From assembly GCA_951406725.2 (NCBI GenBank), contig OX597815.1, forward strand, positions 120,590,001-120,654,000: a stretch of 64,000 nucleotides of DNA, given 5' to 3'. Below the pieces are notes generated by a model. It was not told the origin of the DNA. It was given only the letters and a program-made list of their open reading frames with translations, and searched no databases. Source of the DNA: Octopus vulgaris (lineage: Eukaryota). This document shows, piece by piece, positions 50,771-64,000 of this stretch (positions are counted from its first letter, which is position 1; every line of letters starts with the position of its first letter). The translations under genes and the position numbers were made by a program.

Positions 50771-51330
50771 CGACGGGTTTCTTTTCATGTTGCCCTTGTT
50801 CCTTCAACCGTAAATGCGTAACACTTCGACGGACTAGCCTCCCGTTCTAGAGGAATGTTGAGATTTCGGTCACTTATCGGGTTATCGGTCCTATGATTCC
50901 TACAACCGGGGTCAACAATATTCAGCAGACTTACGTTTTTTATAACATATGAAAGGAAATAAGAAACGAAAATCGAAACTGCAATTTAGTAAAATTTTTA
51001 AACAGAAAATCGGTTTCATTGAACTATAGCAATCGTAATTCTGTGAATATAGATTACATTGAGAGAGAACAAAAAAAATTTTCGGTGAAGACATACTGGA
51101 ATATGTCAATTGCAAAACATAGCTGGGAATTGTGTTATTAGTCCAGTGTGAATAAAAAGTTTGAACTGAGAATGTAGAGAAAGATTGAATGAATATATAT
51201 TTGGTGGGTTGTGTCTGCTTGTGTTGATTTTTAATAAAAAGAATTTAAGATTAAAATAAAGAACTCAATACTTTTAGCAGAATTCACAGCGTGTTAGACA
51301 GTCATTGTCGCCTCTCTTCTTCTAGTTGTA

Positions 51331-51422
<92 letters not shown>

Positions 51423-52679
51423 AACTTAGAACGTAATGGAACATAGCTTAAATGTCAAAAAGCATCTGGTTCGACACTATGCTATAATTTCAGCCACTCA
51501 TTATTCTACAGCAGTTTCTACATTCTATAAAATATTGAAATGTGTCTTTGCTATACCAAATGATATGATAGTTATTCTTTCACTTGAGTAAAATCTTTAA
51601 GAAGAAAATTCTCAGAAAATCTCTTTGGCGAACATATTCTCAAATTTGATATAAAAGTCAAAATAAAACATCCGGTAACTCTACTCGAAGCAAACTAACA
51701 AAATTGCAGACAGTCCCAGGGATATAAAGTGTCCAAATGTTATATATTACTTTTCTGATAAAACATAATCAGTATAAACTTATATACAAAATGAAGTTAC
51801 TGTAAGAATTTTGACAGTCTACAATTTTATTTTTACAACTAAGTAACTTGACATTAAAATACGAACTGCGAAAAAAAAATAAAAAAGGTTTTAATTTTGT
51901 GCGTGTATATGCTGGGTCTTGAAGGATCTTGCGTCACTTTTAATTAAAACTCTTATTTAATGTAACTATTAATTTTCTAAATTCAAAATACTAGAAATTA
52001 TTTTTATGTTCGTTCAGGTTGCTTAACTTTGTTCTACATCACAGTGTGAAATACTTTCTAAATTGTTTTTAATTATAATTCAACCTGAAGTTAGACCTGT
52101 TCTCTTTCGAAGCATTTCTTGCTATCTTCCCTTCTTATATTTTAATTAATAGCATAGTTTTAATTTCTTTCTTAAATCAGGCGGTAATCCAGTAATGACA
52201 TAGTCACGGTTTCCGCCGAGATTGATTCTTTTGAGATAGATAAAACAAGTACCATTTAAACACTGTGGTCGATGTAATTGAATAAACATCTCCCTCTAAA
52301 ATTACTGACCTTGTGCCAAAATTTAAAAACATTACTGTCACGGTCTGGTATTATTCAAGACATAACATAATTTTAGAGGATATTTGGAATATTTTTTTCA
52401 ACTAGATGATAAGCCTGTAGAAATGATATGATTGTTTGGATCTTTTCCCTTTGAACGGTAGATCGAGAAATTAATTTTTTGCAACTAAACACTTTCAAAC
52501 TTCGGACACTGGTAGAATGTGTCATATAAAACATCTTTTACTCTTAGTGTTGTTGAGAAAAGTTTATATTTTCAAAGTTATCTCGTGTTAAAGTTGTTGT
52601 ATTTCGGTAATTTCAACCAATCAATGACTTGTATTCAGCTGAATAAAATTATTGCTGTTGTTTGTTATACAACTGCTCT

Positions 52680-53005
52680 ATCTTGTTTCAGTTACTGGGA
52701 GTGTGTGTATCCTAACCCTACCTTCAAGGGTTTAGTCGAACATATCGACTTCACTACGTAGTCATAGGGAAGTAAAAAACCAACACCGGTTGTCCAGTGG
52801 TAGAATGGAATCAAAACACACACGTGCGTGTGTGTGTGTATTCAAGGAGTTTCAACACAGCTTCTGTCTACCAAATCCACTCACAAGATATTGGCCAGTC
52901 TAGAGCTATAGTTGAAGAGACTTGCCCAAGGTGTCGAGCAGTGGAACTGAGCCCGAAACTATCTGGCTGCAAAGCCAACTTCTTAACTACACAGCTAAGC
53001 CTGCG
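52680..53005 (-). mobile_element. Diverged SINE family B
   Basis: CTACCAAATCCACTCACAAG...CTTGCCCAAGGTG...ACACAGC pattern. Confidence 0.7.
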
Positions 53006-53734
53006 ACTTGGTATTATAGTAGTTTCTTGAGGCAGATGATTCATTGAAAAAATCCTTCAGCTCCTGAATTTACCTTAATCAGTGGCGCGAGATCACTTTC
53101 TAAAATTACGATCAGTACTTCGGTAATAAGGAATATATGTATTTTTAACGCTTATATTGTAAAGGTAAGCACCTAGGGAGTCGAATCGGAGGCTTGTTTT
53201 TGATTTCTAACATCTAACCAGTTTGCTTCCTCTTTTGCCACTAAATGCTCGTGGGAAGCAAACATCACAACGTCTTAATTCTTTTTTTCTATTAGCCTTT
53301 TTTATCCGACGTCAGAAATCAATGTTTATAAGGATTAATTCGGTGAATTGCTAGTTCTTGACAATAATCTTATTACTTAGATTGTTATTTCATGTTTTGA
53401 ATTAATAAAATAGAGGTTGTTATTGTAATCCAAAACGAAGAACTTGACAGCATTGTTTTAAAATGTTTCCTTTATCACTAATCGAAAACTTCAGTTTAAT
53501 TTCTAATTTAGTATTACGGAAGTGGTTTTGTCCTACGTATGAGAAACACAGCAGAAGAAAGGAGTTTTCAGTAACTGTTCCAGTTCGCTTCATCCACTGA
53601 ATCTATTGACTTACCAATTTTATAGTCCTGTAATTCCTCGCCATATCACGGTTCACTTATCGCGATTTATTATTTAAGCTTATGTCGATTCCTCCGTGGT
53701 GTTGTTTTGCATTTATAATAAAATAAATGTATAT

Positions 53735-54170
53735 AGGCACAGGTGTGGCTGTGTGGTATGTATAGGCGGAGAAGTGGCTGTGTGATAAGTAGCTTTCTTA
53801 CCAATCACATGGTTCCGGGTTCAGCCCCACTGCATGGCACCTTGGGCAAGTGTCTTCTACTATAGCCTCGGGCCGACGAAAGCCTTGTGAGTGGATTTGG
53901 TAGAGAGAAACTGAAAAAAGCCCGTCGTATATATGCATATGTATATATGTGTGTGTGTGTGTTTGTGTGTCTGTGCTCCCCCCACCCTCAACATCGCTTG
54001 ACAACCGATGCTGGTGTGTTTACGTCCCTTGTAACTTAGCGGTTCAGCAAAAGGGAGCGATAGAATAAGTATTAGGCTTACAAAGATTAAGTCCTGGGGT
54101 CGATTTGCTCGACTAAAGGCAGTGGTCCAGCATGGCCGCAGTCAAATGACTGAAACAAGTAAAAGAGTAA
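53735..54170 (+). mobile_element. SINE family B with duplicated head
   Basis: GGCACAGGTGTGGCTGTGTG then GGCGGAGAAGTGGCTGTGTG; full body and tail. Confidence 0.87.
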
Positions 54171-54204
54171 AAGGTAAATTATAAAAGTAATATTAAAACA
54201 ATAT

Positions 54205-54294
54205 ACAGTACAGTACTGTTTCTACTTCGCGGATTTTCACCTATCGTGGGGGTTTTGGGAACGTAGCACCCCCTATAGTCGAGCGATTACTGTA
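54205..54294. mobile_element. pogo/Tigger-like MITE end
   Basis: CTACTTCGCGGATTTTCACCTATCGTGG...CGAGCGATTACTGTA terminal pattern. Confidence 0.5.
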
Positions 54295-54929
54295 ATATTC
54301 TATCGTTGAAACACGAACTCTTTCAAAACCTTCATGAATTCATAGTACTAAGAAAATGAAATACATTTCTTCCTGATCGCTAGTTTCTCAAATGATCTGC
54401 TTACTTTTTTCATCTAACAAGCCGAAGAATATAAAATGAAGTGTTTTGCTCAGATAAACAATGCAATGCCCCTTGCGCTAAAAGTTCAATATCTTATTAC
54501 TTCGAAGGTTCCAGCACTTTTAAATAAAGAATACCTATAAACAGACCCACCAAACTTTAAACTGCTGGTTTAGTGTTTATTTAACACCACCTTTCACTTA
54601 TAACCACGACCTCTGTGTCAGCTACTTATGCGACCAAATGTCAGTGTGTCAACTATGTTGTCCGGAAGCTCAATGTTATATACATATTGTATTTGGGCAA
54701 CCCTTTGGCGTGTCACAATGATGTAGGAGGAACAACTGTATGTATTCACATTTGTTGTTACTCTGTTTTAATTTCACTCTCTCTCTCTCTTACGAAGACG
54801 TGACACAACTGTTACTTTTTCTCTACAGACACCCTCCTAAACGCTCTAATCACAGCTAGATGGGTTACCTTACAATATCTGATTAATTCATTGAATTTAT
54901 AGATAAACAATTACATCGTGGATCAACCA

Positions 54930-55340
54930 AGATTGCTGGACTCATTTTCATTTATTCCTAGATGTCTCAAAAGTTTCGTTGCACTATTGCGACCTGGCCA
55001 CTGACAGTTCAAAAATAAATGACGCTGTACAAATGATTCCAAGTCGCAATGATTGTGACTAACATTGTAACAGTTTCTCTGTATTTTAAGGTAGCTAGAG
55101 TAGCTTTTCCACAATATAATACTTCATTTTCAACGGAAGATTTCAGATCAAGCCACTCACTTGCTTGACAAGTACTAAATTGATTAAAACAGTTGGATGT
55201 CATTTTCTGATTCATTAATATCATTCTGCGTTTTGTGCTAGGAAACTTCAGAAAAAAACTTGATATCACGTCGGGAAAAACTCAATTATTTACCCATCCG
55301 CATCCAATCATGTGGCTTTCGCATGTAATATTCCCTAACC
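54930..55340 (-). mobile_element. Highly decayed Gypsy pol (pre-integrase/HHCC) remnant
   Basis: SVENEVLYCGK...HNHC...WPG fragments in shifting frames. Confidence 0.35.
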
Positions 55341-57019
55341 TGATATCTTTCTACCTTGTTTCTACCTTTTGAGCCATAGAAGCATTTCTCAAATGTTTTT
55401 TTTTTCTGAATACCCTTCAATGTTCTTTCCTCTCGTCAGTCTTGAATTGTTTTATTATAATAAATGCAGTACAACACCAATATAGTAAATATTATTTGCA
55501 GCAGAATTATCAGTAAAATGTTAAATTAATTATATGATGGCGTTATTTCGTCGACCATAGATGAGAATAAAATAAAGTAGTATAGTATTTATAAAGACCA
55601 ATGATCACATTGCTACATTGTTCTTGCTTTCTCAAGTATATTGGTGACTTTACTTAAGAGGTGTAAACGAGATTCGAAATTTGACTCGCGTATTTTGCTT
55701 GTTGAGAGTTTACTTCAATTTGACTGTTTAAAAACCCGAAGATTGCGTTATGCTGGGGGTATTATAGATGAAACTGTAGTCAATTCCACACCATTTGGGG
55801 TTTAAAACCCTCCCTGTGCTGATAAACGTAATACCTTAAACACGCCTGTGTGCTGATACTGTAAACTAGTTTCACTTATAAGGAACTTGTGGTAATTTGA
55901 GAAATGGGAGGACCAATTGCCATACTTAATAAAGATGATTTTAAACTTATATAACACGATGGGGAAAGTTAAAGAAACATTTTATAGACACAGACTCTGT
56001 TTTGTCTCCTCGTTAATAAGAAGTGGGGGGCGGGGTAAAAAGTTACAGCTAATATATTTTGGTAAAGTCTGCTATTTGCCAGATTGGGAATCAATGCTTT
56101 AAGCTGTTATTTGGCGCTTCCCTATTTATCTGATCGTATCAGAGATAAAGTGCAAACAAGAAATCGTAAAATTTTGGGTAGCGGCTTGATTGACCAATTA
56201 TACCAACATCTTGTGTCGAATATGTATAGCTTAGTTGCTGTATACAAAAAAAAATTCAGAAACTAAAGGTTTTATGCAGTAAATAATAGGCTTTGAAATA
56301 ATCTAAAAGCAGAGAGAAGGACAAAGCTTTTAAACACGTTAAAGTTAAAATCCTTATTCTAGATATCTTAGACTTGCTTAATTATTGACTTCACTTGACA
56401 CAGGGTTTTAGATTTATAGGTGGGAGACAAGAATGTTGTACTTTCATGTTTGCTCGTCGAGCAGAACTTCTAGTTAGAAAATGAAACTTAGTTGAAGACT
56501 CAATTCGCCGAAAAACCACTCTTATGCTAAAGAAGTTTCCAAAGTGCTACTTTGGCGTGAGATCTACAATTTCAAGGGCGATTACTTCAGGCTAGTTTTT
56601 AGTTTCTTTACGTTGTAAAACTCACGGCTGCCAAACTTGCGTGATCTAAGCGATTATTTTAATTATTATATCGTTTATTCTTGGTTTCTTATTATTATTT
56701 ACTAAACATAAATGAAACATGGTTTTATTATTATTAAAATAGTAAGAGTTTTGAAAAAAATACATTTACAATGCTCGCCCTTTAGGTTGTAGATCACACG
56801 CCAAAGTCTCCAAACCATACTCCTACAAAGAAATACTAAGAAATGGAAGAAAAGAAAATCATGACTAGACAAGGTCTGTTACTTTTGGAATCAACATAGC
56901 ATTTTCAGCTTTAGTTATGTTATAATTCTTGTTTTAACGAACTCTTTATAATATGCTTCTTGAGTCCATAGCTCAGCTTTACGCTTCTTCTCTTTCATTT
57001 CAAGAGCACCCATTATAAT

Positions 57020-57202
57020 TATTTCTACTCTAGGCACAAGGCCTTGAAAATTTTTGGGGAAGGGGAATAGTCGATTACATCGACCCTAGTGCGTAACTGG
57101 TACTTATTTCATAGACCTCGGCGGAACTTGAAGTAGTTGCAGGCGAAGTACCGCTAAGCATTTCGTCCGGCGTCCTAACGATTCTATTAGCTCGCGTCCT
57201 TG
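57020..57202 (-). mobile_element. Short SINE family A with a 17-bp TSD
   Basis: AGAGCACCCATTATAAT at 57003-57019 and 57203-57219. Confidence 0.82.
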
Positions 57203-57930
57203 AGAGCACCCATTATAATGGCGGTCCACATTTATTTTCTTCTGTATATAGTCACATAGCATGAAACTAACTTTATATACGCCCGCGCGCACATACACGG
57301 AAGAAATCCAATTATAACTACATTTTACGTCTTTATGTCCCACTTTCATGATGTTTATTTTTATTATTCACGATAAACTTTATTTACCTTAGGGGAATTT
57401 ATGATTTTATTAGAGTTTCCGGTGAAAATAAGGTCTTACTTGCAATAACACTGAGAAGACTAGCCAACTACAATAAAATTGATTTGCATAGTCCGTATAA
57501 ATAATTTAATTGCAAGTTGATGTCACAGCTAAGGAAGAAGTATGCTCTCAACTTAACACAATGAGCGGAATATTCAGACGCCTTCCATAAATATTTAAAT
57601 TTCGAGCATTCATAAAGTAACGTAGAACATATGTATAACAGTTAGTGCTTTTTAATACATGTTTGATAACTCGACTTTTCTTCGGAACATTAACAAAAGT
57701 GGTAAGCCGTTGTCTCTAATTTCGTATATATTTTCACGTGACGGATTTTGGGAATAAATTTTAGACATTTAAACAATTTTTAAAACTTTATTATTTTTTC
57801 TGTAGTGATAACCCTTATTTGGCCGGGAAGTTCAAGTTCTGGTGTTAATTTCTGATTCCTCGTAGACTGGTATACTCAACTAAAATTTGATGATATACGC
57901 ATTTTGGAAAATTGTTACACTATGAATTTT

Positions 57931-58318
57931 AGGCGCAGGTATGGTGGCTATGTGGTAAAAAGTTTACTTCCTAACCACATGGTTCTGAGTTCAGTCCCAC
58001 TGTATGGCACCTTGGCCAAGTGTCTTCTGCTATAGCCTCGGGCCGACCAAATGCCTTGTGAGTGGATTTGGTTGACGGAAACTGAAAGAATCCGTCACAT
58101 ACACACACACACGTGTTTGTGTGTGTATTTGTCCCCACCACTGCTTGACAACTGGTATTGGTGTGTTTACGTCTCCGTAAATTAGCGGTTTGGCAAAAGA
58201 GACTGATGGAATAAATGTCAGGCTTTAAAAAAATAAGTATTGGGATTGATTCATTCGACTAATAATTTTTCACGGTGCCCCAGCATGACCGCAGTCAAAT
58301 GACTGAAACAAGTAAGAG
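57931..58318 (+). mobile_element. SINE family B
   Basis: AGGCGCAGG head, CCTTGGCCAAGTGTCTTC body and GCAGTCAAATGACTGAAACA tail. Confidence 0.87.
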
Positions 58319-59223
58319 AATGTTCATTATAAATTTATCTTTCGTAATTATATTTGTTCATATAAGAAATAAATGAAGCATCGGAGATCGCGATTAAGCA
58401 ATAGATAATGTCTGTTCTAGTCTAGATAAGGAACTTATTTCGCTTCCCCGTTGAAACCACTTCACTTCATTTTTAAGTAGTTAGTCTGCTCGAGAAAGGC
58501 ATGAACATTATACAATCATATTTTTCTTTGTAAATTTATACTTTTGCATCCAGTTAGAAATCAATAAACATATTGTCACCGGGCGTTTACAAAGTAAAAC
58601 AAAAAAATATATAACCCCAAAACATGTAAAGCTAATCTGTTTGAACCGAATGAACCTTTGAACTAATCCATTACCTACAAGGGGAACAATAAATCTAAGG
58701 GTTTGCTGATCGTTGTGGTTATTTATTTTATTGTTCATTATTGAAGAAAAGAAATGAGATAAAATTGACATTTTTATGAAGTCGCTTCTTTGTCAGAAGC
58801 TCCAAGTATTATTTTATTAGATTATTTTTATTGCGGATATCATTTTAAAATTGCAAATCTGTAAATATTTAGCGGTGTCTTAATCACAAAGGTCTATCTG
58901 TTTTAATAGCTTAATCCCGGTATTTTATATCATATCCTTATTTAGATTGTCAGTATTTTTTCTTTCTTATTTGGTTTAATTATAAGAAAGCGCGACTTTG
59001 CAAACACATTATAGTCTTTATGCCCCAGTCAACTTTTGTCTCATTACAGCAAGTACACGAGGGTGAATACTTATTTCTCATCAGTATTACAAGAGAGCAT
59101 CGAAATATTCGTAGATATGTCTAATAATTGTCTGTAATTTAGACACAAGGCCAACAATGTTTTGAGACAGGGTGGTTTTTGTCGATAAACTCCATTATTT
59201 GTCTGCTAATTCATTTTATCGAC

Positions 59224-59624
59224 TAAGGCGGCGAGCTGGCAGAAACGTTAGCACGCCGGGCGAAATGCGTAGCCGTATTTCGTCTGCCGTTACGTTTTGA
59301 GTTTAAATTTCGCCGAGGTCGACTTTGCCTTTCATCCTTTCGGGATCGATTAAATAAGTACCAGTTACGCACTGGGGTTAATATAATCGACTTAATCCGT
59401 TTGTCTGTACTTGTTTGTCCTCTCTGTGTTTAGCCCCTTGTGGGTAGTAAAGAAGTAGGTATTTCGTCTGTCTTTATGTCCTGAGTTCAAATTCCGCCGA
59501 GGTCGACTTTGCCTTTCATCTTTTCGAAGTCTATAAATTAAGTATCAGTTGCGCACTGGGGTCGATCTAATCGACTGCCTCCCCCCGCCCAAAAATTTCG
59601 GGCCTTGTGCCTAGAGTAGAAAAG
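59224..59624 (+). mobile_element. Dimeric SINE family A with a 15-bp TSD
   Basis: AATTCATTTTATCGA at 59208-59222 and 59625-59639; full head and two cores. Confidence 0.9.
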
Positions 59625-62600
59625 AATTCATTTTATCGAATCTGGAGGTATAAAAGGCGAAGTTGACTTCAGCGTGATTTGAACTTATCACCTCGATGGA
59701 AATTACGTAAAGTGTACATAACTTTTTGTCAACGGTAGCAACTGCCAAAACTTATGCACACATTATTTCTTTATTTCACCCCGTTGTTTCCTATATTTTA
59801 GTCGAATGGAAAATTTGATATGTTACATCACAATGCTTTGTTCTGATTTTAAAAACAGCTACATGCCCACTCTCACAAAAAAAAAAAAAAAAAAAGTATT
59901 GTGCTTATTCTAAGCATATTTATCTATATAGTAGTTATCAACTTTATTTTACCCATGGCCTCTTTCTAAACTTAACTTACCATTGTGACTCTTTCAAAGA
60001 CGTTACTTTTTGAAAGAAAGTGTTTTACAAAATGCAGTTTTTATTAATTGTAGCTGTATATTATGTTTGGAGTAGCTGACAGGCACGATCATTTATAAGC
60101 AGAAACAATACTATAACGTAGAACATAGACATGTTACAAAATTATTCGAAATTCTTTTTCCTTCTTGTAAAAATCTACATTCTAGTAGGCTCGAGGTGAC
60201 TACACTCCATTGACACGGTTTAGTAAAATTAAATCATACTCGTAGCTTTCACGATAGCTATTAACAAAAGTTTTAATTTCAATCTAAGCGTGAAACTATC
60301 ATTTTCTGTGAAATCAATTCTAAGAAATAATTAGTTGCAATTATTAGCAATCAACGTTCATTCTATAACGACATAAATATGTTGTAGGAAGATAAGCTAT
60401 AAGTTGCGCCAGAAATTAACTTTTATAGTGTGTGCTTTATTTACAAAAATTATTTTAAAATCTCGAGAATTTACTAACGTCCAGTCTTATATTTTTTTTT
60501 TATTTTTCGGGTTTACCAAATAGCTTTATAAAAATTCCTAACTACCTTTCTTTTTATCGGTGAACGTCTTGTCTTTTAGTATGTTAATATACTATAGTAA
60601 ACGCTTTCATATTCAATGTTTTTTGCACAATGAAATAAATATACGAATTATGACAAAGTGATCATACGTTCGGAAGTTTAATTTCTGTGGCTTACAGAAG
60701 TCCTGTTTTTGACTTGGTCCCTAAATATGTGGTAAGCCCTCCACCTCCTCTCGTTATTGAGAATCGCAGAAAATTCTAGTTTCACAACTGCATAGAAGCC
60801 TGATTTTTGTTGGCAGGCACAGCGAAAACTATAGGCATGATTTGATTTTATTAAGCTGCATCACTAGAATATAATCACCTGGAGCCCTTTAGATCAGTGC
60901 ATATAGACTTTTACAGGTAGAAAAAATGAGTTACGGACAGTTTCGAAATGTATCTTATTTATCTTCTCTCTCTCTCACACACACATATACACACATGCAA
61001 AAGTTGCTGAAATCAAAGATTGTTATAATTTAATCATATATTTTATTAATTTTGGAGGTGAGTATTTAAAAAAACTGCTTTGTTTCTTTTTCATTCTTTC
61101 ATTTCTGTTTTTGCTACTACTGCTCTGCTTTGATTTTATTGAAAATCTTTGTGCTAACGTCTCACTCGCTATGAGTCGTTGCGACTTATATAGTCTTGCA
61201 AAAAGGTCTTACTATTAACGTTGAGGGTTACCTAAAGCATGGTTTGTACTAGTTCAAGCGTTGTGTTTCATGTTTTTATATTTCAATTTGATAGTGGCTT
61301 CAGTAATAGGAAATAAAAAATTATCATCTTCCGAGAAGGCAATTATTATTTCTTTTCCCGATCATTAGGATCACCAAAAATGCAGCTTAATGTTCGTAAA
61401 TTAGACATTATCCTTCAATCAAACTAAAAAGGAAGGAAATAGAAGCACCAAGTTGTTAGAAAATCTGGCCCCAATAGAAAAAAGTCCGATTTGAAGGAAT
61501 TGAAACTCACGAAACTAATCTTTCGTGAAAGGAAACAGAACAATGAGTTGTGAAAGAATTTCAAATGCGGCGAATGAACTGTAGCCAGTCTTACTATTAG
61601 AAAGCCTCAGCACCGTTCAGGAATTTTTAATATGGCTTCAACCCGAAAGCTCTACATATAAAAGAAATATTTTGTTGACAGGAAACAGTTTCTTAAATTG
61701 AAAAAACAAAAAGAGGATTTCAATTATTTTGTTCGAAAATGCTTCCTTCAAGTATTGTTCTCACACCTGCCTGATAATATTTTTGTTCATTTGGCTAAAT
61801 TAATCAGAAGATTCACCAGCGTAATGAATAAAATTATTATTTTGGTCGGGTTCGTCTTCAGTAGTGCACCGAATCGAAACTATGGCGCAGATCTTTGAAT
61901 GAAAGTGAATTTTAAAAAGTTTGAAAAGCAATGAATCTTTATTTGCCGCAGGTTACAATTTTAAGAAGCATTGTTTGTTTGATTTTGGTCCTGAGTAATA
62001 TTAAATTCAGTTTTTCAAAAATTTTGAATATAACTGAATTTCAATGGAAAATACATCCTTTTTAATCGTGATACTTGCAGGCGTACCATTTTATAAATTG
62101 CAGCTAACACACATACACATAAATTCGCATGCATATTTTAGTATACTAGATTTGTAAGCGTCGATAAATGAAACTGAATGAAGATTAATTAAAAATTCTA
62201 TATTTATACTTCACATATATTTTTTCTGTATGGAATTATAAAGCAGTATTTGTTGAATAGATCTCCTGTACCGCAATGTCATGAAACCAACCACTGAAAA
62301 CGGTGGAATTGTTCTTTAAAAACCATAAAGGGTCAATCGACTAGTTTATCATTACAGTATATATCTCATATGCATATTATAATAAGCTAATTTAGTTCCC
62401 TCAACTGAGGAATACCAAAGCCATAAGTTGCTAAAACTTCCTTTCTAGAGGTATTTGAAATATATAAAATACAAACAAAAGAGTTAAAAAGTTTTGATAA
62501 CACACTCAGTGCAGAATTGAACGGATTTTGTCTTTAAAGCTAACTGCTGGAAGTACATTTTACATGTTTCGATATTATTAGAGCTTCTCAGCAAAATACA

Positions 62601-62635
62601 TTCTCAGTCGACAGACTAATGAATGATATGCATGT

Positions 62636-62671
<36 letters not shown>

Positions 62672-64000
62672 GGATAGAGTGGCGTTGATTATGAATTGCA
62701 ACATTATAGCTGAACAGGAATTATAGCAGTGGACTAGCTGTTCTACATACTAAATACAAGTACATTCAAGACCCACATGTATAAATAATATAGTTAGTGT
62801 TGAAAGTGCTTCGATCCACCGGGATTATCTATACAATAATTAAGATCTCCTTCCCGAAGGTCTTTTAAATCTGATTACTTGTTTTGTAAGTTGCTTGAAC
62901 TTTTCTTATGTTTGCCAGCTTTAGTTGCTTAGGGTAGTCGTTGTTTTTGTAGCATTCTAAATGCAAGGGCGTAATATATTTGAGGGAAGATGTATGCGGT
63001 CGACTTAATCAACCCCAATACACAACAGCTATTTATTTTATCGTCGGAAAAGAGAAAAATAAAATCGGGCCCGGCACAATTTCAACTAGTATTGCAAGGG
63101 ATTTTACCCAACACTCTACTGAATCATCTTTGACTGCATGAATAAGTTTTAAGTTAAAACTCCAGCCACGAAACTGATGCTGTTTTGTTCTGAATACTAT
63201 CGCTACACGAATAAAAATATCTATACGGACGTTTTCGGAAGCAACGACTGAGACTAAATTAAGACAGCAAAAATGAATGTGAAAAAAAATGTATATATTG
63301 GAAGTTGAATGTAGTGTCACATAATTCATAGCGAAATAATAAAAGAAAGGAATAGACTATAGATCCGATCAAGTGTTGTTAGGATAATTGCTTAAAAACT
63401 ACGTGGTTTTTAATGCTTTTTTTAACGTAGCTTATGCTGTCATGAAAATATAACTTGTTTAATAAAAATGAATAAATAACGGGTCAGATAAATTTTGCAG
63501 CGGATCATTTGTCGGTTGTTCGTGGATTTATATGTTAAATTCTGAATTAATTCATCTGTTTCATATTTCACGAAAAAGTTTATTACCAATAGAATGAAAT
63601 TTCTGAGCTAATGACCTCCGGTTGCGGTATCATGCTTTGAGGGTGACAATCACCTTGTCACTGTCATGAAAAGACAACCTCTCGCTTCAGGAAGTTTTCT
63701 GTTTTCTTTTTTCAACGGATTGATTAATTTTTGTCGTATGTAAAGAGTCAAGCTTTTAGATGTGTGCCTAACAAAGGAAATTAAACAAGAAGTTAGAAGT
63801 ATTGCAAGCCGATAGAGGTTAGATTCTTGAGTGGGAGCATACATGAACTACATGCCAGTCTTGTTACTTACTACCCATCAGATTAAATATTATTTAGTGC
63901 CCTGACAACCAAGCTATGTAGTCTTTACATGCTTAATATCTCACGCGTCGTTTTCCCAATGTAATTTATTGGGTTGATCATAAATGGTTATTGAATAAGC

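Noticed and set aside
59055-59090. Minus-strand CTGATGA plus a short hairpin
   Set aside because: No GAAA or cleavage strand.

Overview
AT-rich, microsatellite- and transposon-dense eukaryotic genomic DNA. The SINE families and repeat landscape resemble those of Octopus (coleoid cephalopod); this species call is inference. One clear host gene is present: the first coding exon (44149-44638, + strand) of a Neverland/DAF-36-type Rieske cholesterol 7-desaturase. It has a candidate CCAAT/GC-box/E-box promoter upstream and an intron of more than 19 kb that runs out of the window. The rest is decayed mobile DNA: L1/Tx1, HERO, CRE and R4/Dong non-LTR fragments, a young internally deleted Gypsy element with both LTRs, a non-autonomous Helitron with shuffled RepHel pieces, Tc1/mariner (including DD37D) and hAT elements, foldback MITEs, and many tRNA-derived SINEs. 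The strongest hidden signal is catalytic RNA. The HERO 3' UTR (two copies, 5788-5855 on - and 45825-45891 on +) carries all three hammerhead ribozyme strands in a non-circularly permuted order. A minimal type I hammerhead with an intact core (26819-26855, -), several degenerate relatives, and a decayed HDV-like fold at a retroposon 5' end are also present. One SINE family shares its 3' tail with the L1/Tx1 LINE in the same window. All calls were made by eye; coordinates of degenerate repeats are approximate.
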